64,000 bases of DNA from Iphione sp. A-MEVVRFRX5 (taxonomy: Eukaryota). The position numbers and the translations under genes are program-made. Where the stretch lies: positions 35,774,001 to 35,838,000 of the forward strand of contig OZ320315.1 of the NCBI GenBank assembly GCA_976226885.1. The letters run 5' to 3'. The notes under the pieces are model-generated. The model did no database searches. It was not told where the DNA came from and worked only from the letters and a program-made list of their open reading frames with translations. Positions 47,901-61,776 of this stretch are shown here, piece after piece. Position 1 is the first letter of the stretch, and each line of letters starts with the position of its first letter.

Positions 47901-50900
47901 GCAATTGCTATAGAATCAGTGAACAGATCAGACATGAATGGCAGGAACCTCCCTCTACTACCACAGTTTAAGCAGGCAAAGAGGGAAACTGTGTGTGGTG
48001 CATTGTAGACAATTCCTGTCTGTACTGTGGTGAGAGTAAGCTAACAATAGATGCTAAAAAACAAAAGGTATGATCTTTAGGAAATCAAAGAGACAATGAA
48101 AAATTAACTGAATTCAGCTTTAACATGGAGGGGGCAACTATTTTGGTGAATGGGTATTTTTAATTCTTGGTGAATCATTATTTGCTTTCCCAAATTCAAA
48201 TTTCAAAAATTACTGGTTAAGCGCCACCAAGGCAGCAATTCTTTGTGGAGTGTTATGTGCTCTTTCTTTAAGTACTATGAGTGCTTTGAATTCTTGGTGA
48301 AGCGTTAGTGGGTACAACCTTTCCCCTGGAAGGGCACCTTCATCCAGGGTAAAAAAAAGCTGTTGCACGATAATGCTTTATAGACTATGTTATCTCTCAT
48401 CCAAACGAAGAAGATGAAACTTACTGACTGAAATAAGGCTGGTTTAATTTGACCATTCTACAACCCTGATTCTGCTATAATGGGTGTGAATTACAACTGG
48501 GATTTGAAAATACATGTAGTGATAATCTTGAAAGGGTACGCTCAATTGGTCTCTTTCTCTATATTTGCATGTCTTTGATTTAAAAAAGGGTATTTTTGGA
48601 GGAGCAGGACAATTGAGGAGAAAAGGGTCTTTTCTCCTGACTTTGTATGTCATCAATTTTAGACAAAAGGGCTGTTTTTGGAGGAACAAGAGGAGGAAGA
48701 GGAGGAGGAGGAGAAGGAGACAGAGGCACACACACAAGTTAGGAGACCGTTAAAGTATGCGAACATGTGATAACGTAAAAGTCCACCTAATTTGCATATT
48801 ACCTTATCTGTATATCAAATTTACTGCAAGTCAGATATTTCATCATCAAATATAAAATGCCCTACCATTCAGACGTTTTATCTATTGATTCACTACTAAT
48901 CGGGTATTTCCTCATCGAATTCGCTGCTAGTTGAACATTTAAAAACATGCCAGCAAGAGGGGGTTAATGTAGAAAACATGCCGGCAAAAGAGAGTGAGGC
49001 AAAATTATGCAAAGTTAACAAAAAGGCATTCATTGCCATTTTTAAACCCAGCATTTTCTTTAAAAAGGAGCATTTGAGGCCACTCCAAAATCAGTGTTTT
49101 GAAAAAAGGGTGCGCCTTTCAGCTAAACCTCGGTGAAAAGGGCATAGTTTGGATGGTGTAGAATAAACATATATCCCTCTTTCATACTAGAGTGTGCAGA
49201 CCAGGGAAAGACCCAAGAGTCTTATAAGAAATTCACATGACATAAATTAAGAATACTATAGGTCAAAGTTTAATGCATCATATGGTATAATTCTTACTTA
49301 AACATAGTCTTATCAGTGCTTGCTTCACTTGCTTTAGTTTTGACCTCAGTTTAGCCGGTATAGATATGGGTACCTAACATGACTCGTTTTGTATGCTAGA
49401 TGCAGACAGATCTACCTCAGTGTTTTATATTTCATATCAGGGCTGTGCATCCATAGTAAATTGTCACATTTTTAAGGTCTCTGTCACACATTTTACACAG
49501 TTACGATATTACAGGGATGGGAATCCAAAGAAGATTGTCACATTTTTTGGTGAAATGCGACAGTTTGCCCAGCCGTGCATATACGTGTACATGTGCATGT
49601 ATTGAAGCACGTCACATTAATTCCCTACTCATTTATTTCGAGCATTTGTTACATTTTTTCTCCATTACAAAATGGATACTTGCATTGTGCTTTGATACTT
49701 ATGACTATGAGAGTAACAAATCCCATAACCCCAAAACCCCTACAGTGTATGCGGTTCATAACCCAAAACCCCTGGGGTCATTTGGTGCAGAGAGGCTACT
49801 GAGTACATAAGTATTGGTAAGCACAAAATCTCAGGCCACAAGCCCAAAACTCCTGCTCCCAGTATTATCTCATGGAAAATTCCACTCCTTTTTTGTACAA
49901 GAATATGACTGCTTGTGTTGAGACAGAAACACCCTGTCTGCCTCATTTAATATTGACCTTGTCGATTGGCTAGGCCACAGTTCCAGAAAGTGTTACTTTG
50001 TTACAAATCCTGTTACTTATAACTGATTGGTCAGAGACCCTCTATAACCAGTTACATTGTATCTTTATGAGATGCTGTAGCCTGATTGCCTGTGTGGATA
50101 TGCTATGATTGGTTAATTGCTGAACTAGGAGGATATAAAAAAGAGTCTTCAACTGAGAAATTAACAGTTTCGAACTGGACTCTGGTGTGTTCACATTTAC
50201 AGCTGTTTAACCAATTTCAAAGGACACCTATGATTTACAACCAATTTATGAGGATTGTTGACACTTCATCGATGTAATTATACACAAGTAATTCAATATT
50301 ATGCAATTATTACAAACACCAACATACTGGCACACAAGGTGTTTACTATAAATTCTACATACATTTTCCTTAAGTGAAGCAGCCAGAACGCCCAAAAGGC
50401 CTTTATGTAGCAGACATCACCTCGGGGAACTACAGACAGAAAGTGTTGGAATCAGTCCACATGTACTTCAGATGCAGGTCAGAAGCACCCGTTTCTTCTT
50501 TGTCTTGTGTCATATTTCCGATGTCTCCCTGTCCTCTGAGTGTCAACGTGGAGTACCCTAGCTCCTCCTACGCTGGACTGGAGCCAGTTAGTTGGTTGAT
50601 AGCCATGTCCCCGAGCAGCCCCGCTCTATATGTTCTCCGCCAACAGAGAAACAGCACGATACATACAGAATGCTATGGATTTGCAACTTATTCATACTCC
50701 GACCATCCCCAGTAGCTAATAAAACTGAAGTGGTTATCAAAGGGAGAGAAAAATCTACAAGCATTTGTTCTTGCCGTTATGCATATTTGAATCACTTTTT
50801 AACATTCTACTACCGTACATGCAGAATGTACAGTGATCATCATCGTCTACAAATGAATACTTTAATGGCTAATATTGTCACCTTAAAAAGTTTGTCACAG

Positions 50901-52539
50901 AACGGTAGACAAAAGCAATCTGTATCCATATTTCGTATTACCTGGACTTGGAATGGAACTGTGGATAGCAAACACAATAACCCAGGTAACAACTAACATT
51001 CTACAAACTTTTCATAAACGTTACAATTTGTTTTCATGAACTTTGGAAAGTATCGTTTCTGAAGCGTTTGGAGGCGAACCTTTTCAAACAGTAGAAAATG
51101 TTACAGTGAAATGTTCCTAACAGCAAATTCAAAGCTTCACTCTACAAATGATTTTAAAAGATAATGGAAAACATTGCTAAATTTCAAATAAATTATTTTA
51201 TTCGCTTCATTACTTCTTCGAAATACCACTGAAATTAAAGCATTATCTTATTATATAGAGATTTGCCTTTCTAGTGTAGGATTTGAACCTACCTTTTAAG
51301 TCCAACACAAGTCCAACACATAACACAATAGGCTATACTAAATTGTTATTAAATAATGTTGAAGTTTAGAAACAATAATTTACCAGATTACAACATTCGT
51401 GGAACCTATCTTTCTAACATTGTTTGAAAATCATGATTGGGCATATATACAGTGTTTCTGAACTAAACCATAGCTTTACTTAAACATCCAATTCTAATGT
51501 TACCTGAACATTATGATATCATGTTTGTACACTATTGCCTGAATGTTCTTCTAGCCAAACCACAATATTCCAGGCATGCTCCATTCTAACATTGATCATT
51601 AATGTTCATATTCGCTGGAAGACCTCACTGTACCCCTACATGATAAGTGAGTAAAATATTTTCGAATTCAAATTCAAACTATGATTTAACTTTTATATAA
51701 AATTCGAAAAAAGCAAATCACAATATTGGCTAAATGTTGAATTCTAATGTTACATGAAAGTTATGACTTAATATTCAAACAAAGCTGTGTGACTGTTTAC
51801 TTGGTAACTTAACCAAACCATAATATTCAATAACTGTTTTTGAATATTATGTATTACCTGGGAATTTCCTATTACCTTATGAGTACAGTCTAGACCCACC
51901 CATCAACCAACTGCTGGGGGAGACAAGTTGCCTCAGGCGACCACTTTTGGGCAGAACTGACTTATTTTCTACATATTATCTATATGCATCCAACTCTCCC
52001 AGCTGCCTACTCACCTGGGACAACCACCTGCCTCAGACAAGCACTATTTTAAGAATAAAAACGGCATGCTCCACTGCCAGGATAGTGGCCACTCCTACCG
52101 AAACAGAACATTTGAAAGATTATTCATTGTCTAAGTTTTGGACAGAGATGATTACTTTGGATAGCATGATTACTTCTCCCTAACACAGCATTTAAAGGGT
52201 AATTCGTTGTCTAAGGTGTGGCATAACCCCTCCTCCCTTACAAAGTGTTTGAAGGGCTCTTCACTGTCTAAAGTGTGTACAGAAATGTTAGCATGACCAC
52301 TCCCTCCCTAACAGAATGTTTGAAGGGTTGTTTTTTGTCTAAGATGTGGGTTAGCGCAACCACTCCTCCCTAAAAGAGAGGGTATTCACAGGCAACCACC
52401 TACATGTCTGAAGGATATTCGGAGGATATACTCATCAAATTCAGCATGTTTTGGACTCTTACTCCTCAAATTCAGCACATTTGGGACGTGCTTTCTTGGT
52501 GGAGAAAGAGGGCAAAATGGATATTATTGCCAGGTTTGA

Positions 52540-52702
52540 NNNNNNNNNNNNNNNNNNNNNNNNNNNNNNNNNNNNNNNNNNNNNNNNNNNNNNNNNNNNN
52601 NNNNNNNNNNNNNNNNNNNNNNNNNNNNNNNNNNNNNNNNNNNNNNNNNNNNNNNNNNNNNNNNNNNNNNNNNNNNNNNNNNNNNNNNNNNNNNNNNNNN
52701 NN
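52540..52702. other. Assembly gap
   Basis: Run of N. Confidence 1.
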
Positions 52703-55700
52703 AACTCGATCAACAGTAGGTCTCATACAGTAGGTCTATCCCATGCAAACGGCGTGTGTACACACGTATATTTTGTGATTGCGGGCGCTGAATCAGCCCT
52801 TCTGTCCAAGTGGAAATAAGTAATATCCAGAAACCATTCAAATGGATTCTGTAAATTATACCATTCAACAGTTAGATATACTATTGCATTGTTTTGGTAT
52901 CAAGCACAAATACTGCAATTGTACAGAGGATTGCAGGTCACTAACATCTATGGTAGAGCTGATCTACTCTGTGGAGTTTCGGACCGACCATCCATTCCCC
53001 CTTCTTCCTAATTAGGCACCTGAAATGATGTTGTCGGTTTGTTTTGGTGCAAAGACAAGCACCTTGTTTACCTCAAATGACACACGCAGTTTGTTAATTG
53101 CTGACAATAAGCCAATTTCTCCATTAGAGCCATTCAGGGAATTAACGGGCTTGTCTACTCTCGTTCATAACTTTTCATTTAGCGGATGACTCGTTGACAG
53201 GTTTACCAGAGCTGCGGCTGTTGCAAGCATAGACCATGTATGAATTAGTTGTCTTTTGAAGTATAAGTCACTTAAAGTACATAAACATTCATAGACACGG
53301 TTGTAAATGTAAAACTACTGTTACCAAAACAACTGGGGGGGGGGGTGAACTCAGAATTAAGGGTATAAATTTTCCCGACCTAATTCTCTAGAATATAGAA
53401 GAAAAACAAAGCTCTAATACAAGTAACTCTCCATTGAGGGCAGAATTAGCAGGTCACCTCCAGCGGTCACATTACAACGTTAACTACTATAATTTCTTCC
53501 CACACACACGTATCTAATCTTCCCGTGCATCTGCTGCGATCGCTTTAGTTGCAGTAAGACCCAATACTATGGACTACCATCGTGAGTGGCTAAATTTACA
53601 TGTATGCGTCCCGCATAAGACACTTACACGACTGAATGGTTTGAAATGGGCGTCCATGTACTTAATTTGACATGGGTAGAGTGTGTTTTGTTTGTTGGGC
53701 ATATAGGGCGCCGCTCTTGCCCATAAACCGTTCTGTTTCAAGCCCACGTTAAGTGGACTCGTCTCAAGTAGATCTTGTGAGCTGCCAAAGAAATCTTGGT
53801 TTGACCACTTCTTCAACATTGCCGTTCAAATTACAGTGTAGTGCATCTTCTTCTTTGATGTACTTCATTCGGTGGACTTTGTGGTTTTTATCACACATTT
53901 ATCGATATAAGTACGTTAAAACGAAAAGCGAACGTGTGCTGCGTTCATGAAATAAATTTAAATAACTGTCATTGGATAGGGTTCTATTTAGGATTTCACG
54001 TCTACTTGTATTACAGAGAACATGTAGGAGCTTTGGTCGGATTTAATCATAGAAGACTTCCTCCTTTAACCATACCCCATCAGTATTGATGTTATATATA
54101 AAGCCATTAGTCACAAAAGGAAGATAGCAATCTGAAATTCTATTGATACCTTATATTTTCCTTTTTTTCAAGCCGTTTGATAAATGCCGAACGATAAAGT
54201 AGATCTATCGTGGAAATTCTAAAACCAGACATCAGAGAACAGGGTTTTGTGGCAATGTTTAATAGAACACAATCAGGTATTTAACAAAATCAGGAAAAAA
54301 CAGGTTAATGCATGTAGTTGCTCTGCCTTTTCTATGTTCCACACGATATTGCCACATATGCATACCTTGCACTCACAAGCCTTACCGAAAGTCAAGAACG
54401 ATTTCAAACATTATCTCCAGATTACCCTACATAACCAAAAGTACACATGTACAGTCAACACCGGTCAACAATACACTGGTCATCTACATACCTTAGTTAA
54501 TTGTATTGATTCCATTGTAACAAAATAGATTGCATGATAAATGATACGTGTATATCAAAACTCTCCTTTTCTAGGCCTGGATGACTTCAACACATTCTCC
54601 ACTATGTCAATCATTATGTACATTTAACCCAAAACAAACAGTTCTAGATCATTTCTATAAACACAGATGTAAACACAATGTCTGTGCTTGTAACTCCATT
54701 TGTATGTAGGTAGCGGAGGACGGTAGAGAGAGGAGAAATTACAGATATTCTCTAGTGTCTGTGATAGCTATAACGTTATATTATAGCCGTTGAGTGCCCG
54801 GGGTGGAAGAAGTCTGTTGTGCAAAACAGTCCAACACAAGAAATTGTTTGTGCCGTAGCTCTTGGTTGAATGGTAGTTGCGCTTGGCCATTAGAAGTCTA
54901 TCGATGCTGAAAGAAAACTGATGCTTTCTCAACCATTTCATTGCAAGTTCATTACTGTATCACCCAAAGGGTAAACTTTCCTTGAAAGTTCGAGATGTTA
55001 CAGACCGGCAACCCTGCCAAACTTATGAAAATAGACATTTGACCAACGTATGCAAAGGTTGCTCCCATAGAGGAGGGTTGTGTACTGAGAGTTGTAGCAA
55101 TCAACATACGTAGCAATCTACGGGTCACTGTCTGCTCACTGTAATTCTGGATAATCTGCACTTTTGCTGCTCACTCTAATATGTGGCCTCCGCAAGCACA
55201 ATGCATATGGGATTCATTTTGTATTGTCTTAAATATAAATGTATGAAAGTATCCATGAACTTCAAATAATCTGTGTCGTCTACCCCCGGCCCAAACAAAA
55301 CAATGCTTACAAGAGGGAAGTAAGGTACACTGGACTGACTTAACCGGGGTCGACTGTACATGTAATCACATGCCAAGAGACAACTTTGGTAACCATAGTA
55401 ACTTGTGCCTCATAAGAAACAGCATAAGCAAGACACCATTCTAAATGGCATAGTTTAAATACGCAACTTTGGTACACGTTGTGACGACTCAATTATAACT
55501 TGGAAAAAATATTTATTCGATCCTGTGATACATTAAATCAACATTTACGAAAAGAGCTACTTCGAGATATACTTTAATGCTGACAATTATTCCTTAAGGA
55601 CCATTAGATTACATTAAAACACTGCAGAAAAACACTGCTGTGAAACGGGCTCCATTATTCAATAGATTTTTGCAGTGCTCTTGAAAAACTGTAAACTTAA

Positions 55701-57439
55701 CATTATTCTACCAACGCAACATCGTCGGATATTGAAACGCCTCCCCCCAGGATTAGGATACTCCAGAAACAAGGTCATCATGCACAACTACTGTGATTTA
55801 TAGTGAACGATGCGTTTCTGTACGTATTTATTATTTGGAGAGAACAGTCCCATTATTATTTTTACCCTATAAAGTGTACAGTACCCTGAGATCCGATTAA
55901 CTAGCGGAAGCCTCATTTCTCATGAGATACATGTATAAGGCTGGTTGTCCATTTATGCATGTAAGTGTGTCTGTCCATGCATGAGCGTGTCAGGGCCTAT
56001 TTTTGCCAATCCAATAATAGCTGCATACACACCGTGGTGTTTTCATTGTGTTTTCATGTTTACATGGCTGTTTTAATCATTCTGCCCAAAAAACAAACCA
56101 CAAACACGGGCCGTGTTGCATGGAAAATGGGACATGATCCATTTTGAAAACATGCTCATGCATGGCCATGCATGCATGGGTACACTCCTCCTCTTAATCG
56201 TAGTTCCAAAAAAATATGCACTGAAACATGCACAGACTGCCACGGAGACATGCATGCATGGAAACCCTCGCTAAGACTCTGGACTAAGTACAATAGAAAA
56301 CCTCTAATCGGGCAACCTTTCAGTTCTCTCCCAAACTTTTCCTAACTGGGATGTGTCCCTATTTGAGACTTCTTTTAATATAGGAAAAGTAGAGCCTGTT
56401 CTTCCAAAAGGTGTCCCTATTAGAGGTATGTCCCTATTGGAGATGTGTCCCTAAGGTGGCCTTCTACTGTAGTGTCCCTAAGGTGGCCTTCTACTGTATA
56501 TGCATTGGAAAGCCCACAATTGAATGCCACACGAAAACAATCAAGTCAGAAGAAGTCTTAACAATTAATATGACAATAAGTTCCAGTAAAAGAAAACTCT
56601 TTACAATAATACTCTCCCCACATCAAATGCGCAATTTAAGCAAAAGGCTTTCCTCGACGAGAAATTAGGCGTACTTATAATACAAACCAACTGAAAACAT
56701 TTGTAAAATGTACAGACCCGATATGAATCGTATCGTGTGCGCAAAGTAGAAGATATTAGTTAAAACTTATAAAGCCTTTCTATACAAAACAGTAGAAATT
56801 CATCGATCATGAAGTTCAACCTCCACGTACAATACATCAGCAAAATCTAAACCATTCATCACCTTGTTTAACAAGTCGTAAATTTACGTATTACTTTACA
56901 CAGAATACTTCGGTAATGTCTTCTTTTCAGTCTTTCGGCGCTTTGAAAATATCAGAGCAACAAAGGTATAAAACAAGCACCAACTGGTACATTGGTAACA
57001 ACATAAGCAACCTATACACGTATATCAGATTCCCACTCAATTGGCACGAGCTTTCTGATGAGGTTAATCAAGAATCTCACCTGGATGCTAATCTATCTTA
57101 CGTTACGACGATAATCGCACAGAACACAGTGGATGTATTTGTCTTCATGGCACTGCTTTCCAAAACCTGCATACATGCATAATTATATGTATACATGTAT
57201 ATGCGCATACTTGTTATATACTGTGTACATGCAATACGAGCATGTATGTACATGTACATGTACATGTGTACTTCTTTGTTCGGTCAAAAGGGACCCCCTT
57301 TTGGAGGGTACAAAGGAGTACAACGTTCACCAATTATTTCTTGCAGGACACAGTGTTCAATGCCATTTTACGTCGGGGTAAGGGGGGGGGGGTTAGAATA
57401 TAAGCGCCAGCAACACGCCTTTGGTGAGATAATGCGGAG

Positions 57440-58426
57440 TTAAGTTGCCGTATGAGCAGGTAAGAGCTGCTCCGTACACTCAGAACCCTGGCTCGTCGTC
57501 TCTCCCTCAACTTTGGATGACGGCTCAGAGGACGAGGATACTGACGACGAGAGTAGTTTCTCGTCCAACGATGCACCCTCTGACTTGCTCCGTTTGCGAG
57601 AGATGATGCTTCGGAATAGGCTCGACGGCTTCTTCGTCTTTTGTGCCGACGACGACGACGTGGTCCTGGCTGCTGGGATTTCGTCTGTCGAACCTGTGGA
57701 GTGGTACCTCACCCGCCGTACGGGGCCGCCGCCCGTGCTGCCGCCGCTTCTCTCGCAGCTGCTGCCGTTGCTGCTCTCCTCCCCTGGGCAGCCGCTCATG
57801 TCGAAGCGGACGTGGCTGCCCCGGCTGCCCCGGCTGGCGTGGCTGCCCATACTGCCCGTCGAGCTGCCGGAGTCGCAGCGCGGTCGGCGACCGCGGGGCG
57901 GGCTGGGCCCGACGTCGAGTCGCGGGTACGACCCGGAACCGGTACTGGTGAACGAGCTGCCGGAGTCTGTCCTCTTCCGGTTCTGGTGAGGCACAAGAAG
58001 CGATTCAAGTACATGTACATCAACTAGCTACCGTTGGATGGATGGATGGACTGGTGGATGGATGGCGGTCCCATGGACGGGAGGACAAGCATAGGGCACT
58101 GCCCAAAGACAGGGTATTGCGGACAGAAATGACAGTTAAACAGAAAAAGAAGAGGACGAAGCGATATTGTATGTATAGAGAGGATGATAGCAAGAGCAGC
58201 GAAGATGAAGGAGAGTTGGGTAGATAGGCTTACAAGCTCCCTCCCTGTATCCACCACAATCAACCTGTACACAGGCATAGCAGGCCGGTGGTGGGGGACG
58301 TATCATAGACGGGTTGCTACCTATACCACTGTCAAGAGCAGAGAGAATGTCGGCAGTTGGGGGATGCAGAATGTTTACCCAGTTCGTATTGTTACCATAC
58401 AGTTTAACACAACCACTCACTACATC

Positions 58427-58472
<46 letters not shown>

Positions 58473-60797
58473 GGAGAGAGAGGAAGAGACAGAGACCATG
58501 GTCTATAGCTGCCCCACTAACATCTGGCTACACACTTGATAGTACATGTATTTGGAACACTGACCCCCACCCTCCAGCGTCCGCAGTGGCCCAGCTGATA
58601 TCCCCCGATGGCCCTCTAGTCTCTTAATCCCTGGTCTCTCTCTGCAAACGCTGCCATATCCCTGCACGAAGGAGTAGGCTTGTCAAAAGGTGTATTAGCC
58701 AGGGAGCAAGTTAGCATGGTACCTGGCAATGACACAAGATGTCCTGAAGGGAACGTTTAGAAAAGATCATTAGGCGACTTACTTGTGACAGAATCGCTCA
58801 AACACAGACATGGATGCGCCAGTGGGTCATATGGTGACTTTTTTTAAAGGTACCCAGGTCATCAGGTCGATCACTTACATAAATACCCGAGATTGCATGC
58901 CATTTCAGGTTACAGGTCATGTATATTAAGGTAGTACCTGTGGCCCAAAACAACCCTTACTCACATGGCATGCCTTTAGCTCCGTCATACATACAGTGAA
59001 GAAAAGACGAAATCATAGAAGTGACCAAACCAGGACAGAGACCAAGGTTTCTAGGACCAAATAATTTATTTCACTCTATAAAGCGTTGTAACGACAGGTA
59101 GTGTGTTGGAGGCCAGGTTAGTCCGATAAATTTAAACCACCAGGGCAGCAGTGCAATCTATTACTGTAGGCAAGCCTTATAGGATAGGGCAGGTTCCTTC
59201 CTCAACCAATGAAGTAAGTCTGTTCAGACCCAATAAACCTACCTGCAGCAAGGAGCTCTGTGAATTCTTATTCCTAAGAGTGGTAGTGTCAAAACACCCT
59301 GTCATTCAAGTCAATCTATAAAGAGAATGTCTACTGCAACGAAACCATGGGAGAGACCAAAACTGGCCAGTCCCAAGTTTAGTCTCCTACGTGGCTCACA
59401 ACTGTAACAAGTAATTCACTCTTGTCTCAACCGATGTACACGTAGTTCAACACGTATCTCCTTACCTTCTGCCGACATATGGTGACTGCGCAGGGCGCAT
59501 GATGGGCCACGTAGCCGGACACGGATCCCATGATGGCCCGGCGTAGCTTGCCGTGGCCGCGCGTCCCCACCAGCACCATGTCCGCGTCCTCCTCCTCCGC
59601 GACGGCCACGATCACCTCCCCGGGTCGGCCACCCCGCGCCACGAACTTACCCGGAATCTACACTCGAGGAGAGTGAAAAAAACACCATATACAAGTATAA
59701 TCATCGTCATTGACGACCAGGACGAGTAAAGTGGAAGAGTAACTATGCCATGGACGCCAGATGGATTATGGGCGTACAAAAAGTTCTGTTTCCGGTAACA
59801 AGCATAAAAACTGCAGGGTCGGAAGGAAGGTGGCTTTTTTGGGTTTTTTTTCAATGTTAATTCATACAGATATCAGCAAATTTATATGGTAGCCTCACTT
59901 TAAATGCTTGGACCTTAGTGAGACAGCTATCATAGGAAAGCTAGAGATCTAAGGAACACTATGGTGTATTGTAAATGTTTCTATCATTATTCATTCCAAA
60001 GATATTCACAAAAGAAGAAAAAAATTATGTTCCATTTGATTGGGACCAAAATATGGGTCGGTCGGGTTACCGGAAACATACTCTTTCTTTAAAAATTAAG
60101 CCTAACCCAATGACAAAATATCATTTCTGGATAGCTTTCGTGGGTCATTTTAAAGCAATGTTCTTTTTCCCCGGAACAACATGTTAAAATACGTGAATGA
60201 ATATTTCGTAGTGCACTGTTATGTTCCAGCGTGAGAGGGTGCAACCACAATAACCTACGGACGGTTACTATAGAAAGTGCTGAAGTGTGTACATAGGCTA
60301 ATATCTCTACTGAATGACTCCGAGAACACGTAGTACTTCATACATAAGTGACCTGGTTTCTGGACGGCTGCTGAAATGTAACCTTAGGAACGCCATTTTC
60401 AAAATAACGTCCTCTTGTTTAAAATTTACTAATGCTACGTGACAACACAGTAGATTTCCTTCTGGTGGGTAATAATTTCATCAAGATGTTATTTCTTTTC
60501 GAGAATAACTGCCGCATGTATCGGACATTTCTATACAAGTTGTTGCTAATACATCATCTCCCGTTTTCCGGACAGCTTTCCTTTCGATTTTTCCTAACAT
60601 CATTGGAGTAAATGATGACGACTGTCACCATTATCCTACTTACGTCAGTTGCCTGTATATATATATACATGCCGAACGTCACAGACTCACCCTACATCTG
60701 TTCATCACACCACGCAGCCTTTTTTTCATATTCGTCGTGTTTTTGGCTTCACGCTTCAACGTAGCTTCCCACATCTCTGGAGCAACATACATCTCCT
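57440..60797 (-). CDS. Universal stress protein (UspA-domain) gene, 3' part, with a Ser/Arg-rich C-terminal extension
   Basis: Exons 60797-60691 (phase 1-0), 59657-59466 (0-0), 57982-57440. The USP signature GEVIVAVAEEEDADMVLVGTRGHGKLRRAIMGSVSGYVAHHAPCAVTIC is present. The N-terminal exon was not found. Confidence 0.82.
58429..58493. repeat. (GA)n microsatellite
   Basis: Direct reading. Confidence 0.95.
59770..60104. mobile_element. MITE-like element in USP intron
   Basis: Ends aaaaagttctgtttccggtaac and gggtcggtcgggttaccggaaacatactcttt are imperfect inverted repeats. Confidence 0.5.
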
Positions 60798-61359
60798 CTA
60801 TAAAAGAAATCCATTACAATATACTGTAGCATTCACTTTGATGCACGTACGTAGTCATTAGTACCCATTACGGGACGGATTGGACAAGGAAGATTATATT
60901 TGTATATATACATCATTACATTTATTATACAAAATGTAATACCCGGTACTAAAGAGGCAAGGAACATCTGTGTGCGGAAATTGTTACTGGTGATAAGATA
61001 GGCTACATAATAGGAACTGATGACAACAATAACCTGTAGCAGCAGGTACGACCAACTGTTAGCATGTGACAGCAGGTAAAAGGAAAACATGTAATTATAT
61101 GTCTTGTTTATAGTCTGTGAAAGCCAATGACAGCGTGTAATAATAGGTAATACATGTACAAATATTACCACAAACGGCATGCAATAAATTTGTTTGCTTA
61201 CTTTATAAGAAATGTGACCGATCTGTAGGTATACATGTGGTGCCAAGATGTAACATTTTACAATTTACACCATAGGGCATAACTAATTACATGCGTTTTA
61301 CTGAGTAGGCAACCCAGGTAAGTTGGAAAGGGAAACAAGCACATGGGTGGACACATATT

Positions 61360-61776
61360 CAAAAGTTCTGGCTTCACGAGTTCTGGATTCATTTACCATC
61401 ATACACTAATCTTTAAAAAAAATTATTGATGAGTTTGAGGATAACGAGCATTTTCTGATAAGGCAAAATATGTTTCAGTAACATGCTGAAAAATTATAGG
61501 GTCGGTAGGCAGTAATTTTTAAATTATTTTTTTCAATGGTAATGGATCACGAAAGCAACAAATACATGTAAATGTAATAATGTCGCTTGTACTTGATAAA
61601 ACTTACATCGAATGAACGTTAATGACATCGCGAACGCATTGGTGTGTTGTATGACTCTCTATATATATTCACTCCAGCGATATTTACAAAACAAAAATAA
61701 AATAAAAAGTTCCATTTACACCACAACGAGGGTCGGTCAGGTTACCAGAAACAGAACTTTTTTTTAACTAGGCCTA
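61360..61776. mobile_element. Second copy of the same MITE family (left end uncertain)
   Basis: Right end gggtcggtcaggttaccagaaacagaacttttttttaactaggccta, plus internal agggtcgg.aggc/aag shared with 59770-60104. Confidence 0.4.

Noticed and set aside
50420-50660. Possible LINE RT C-terminal remnant on the minus strand (EELGYSTLTLR)
   Set aside because: The similarity is too short and interrupted by stops to support a call.
57440-60797. USP as a bacterial contaminant or recent horizontal transfer
   Set aside because: The gene has canonical spliceosomal introns, and USP genes are known from several invertebrate phyla.
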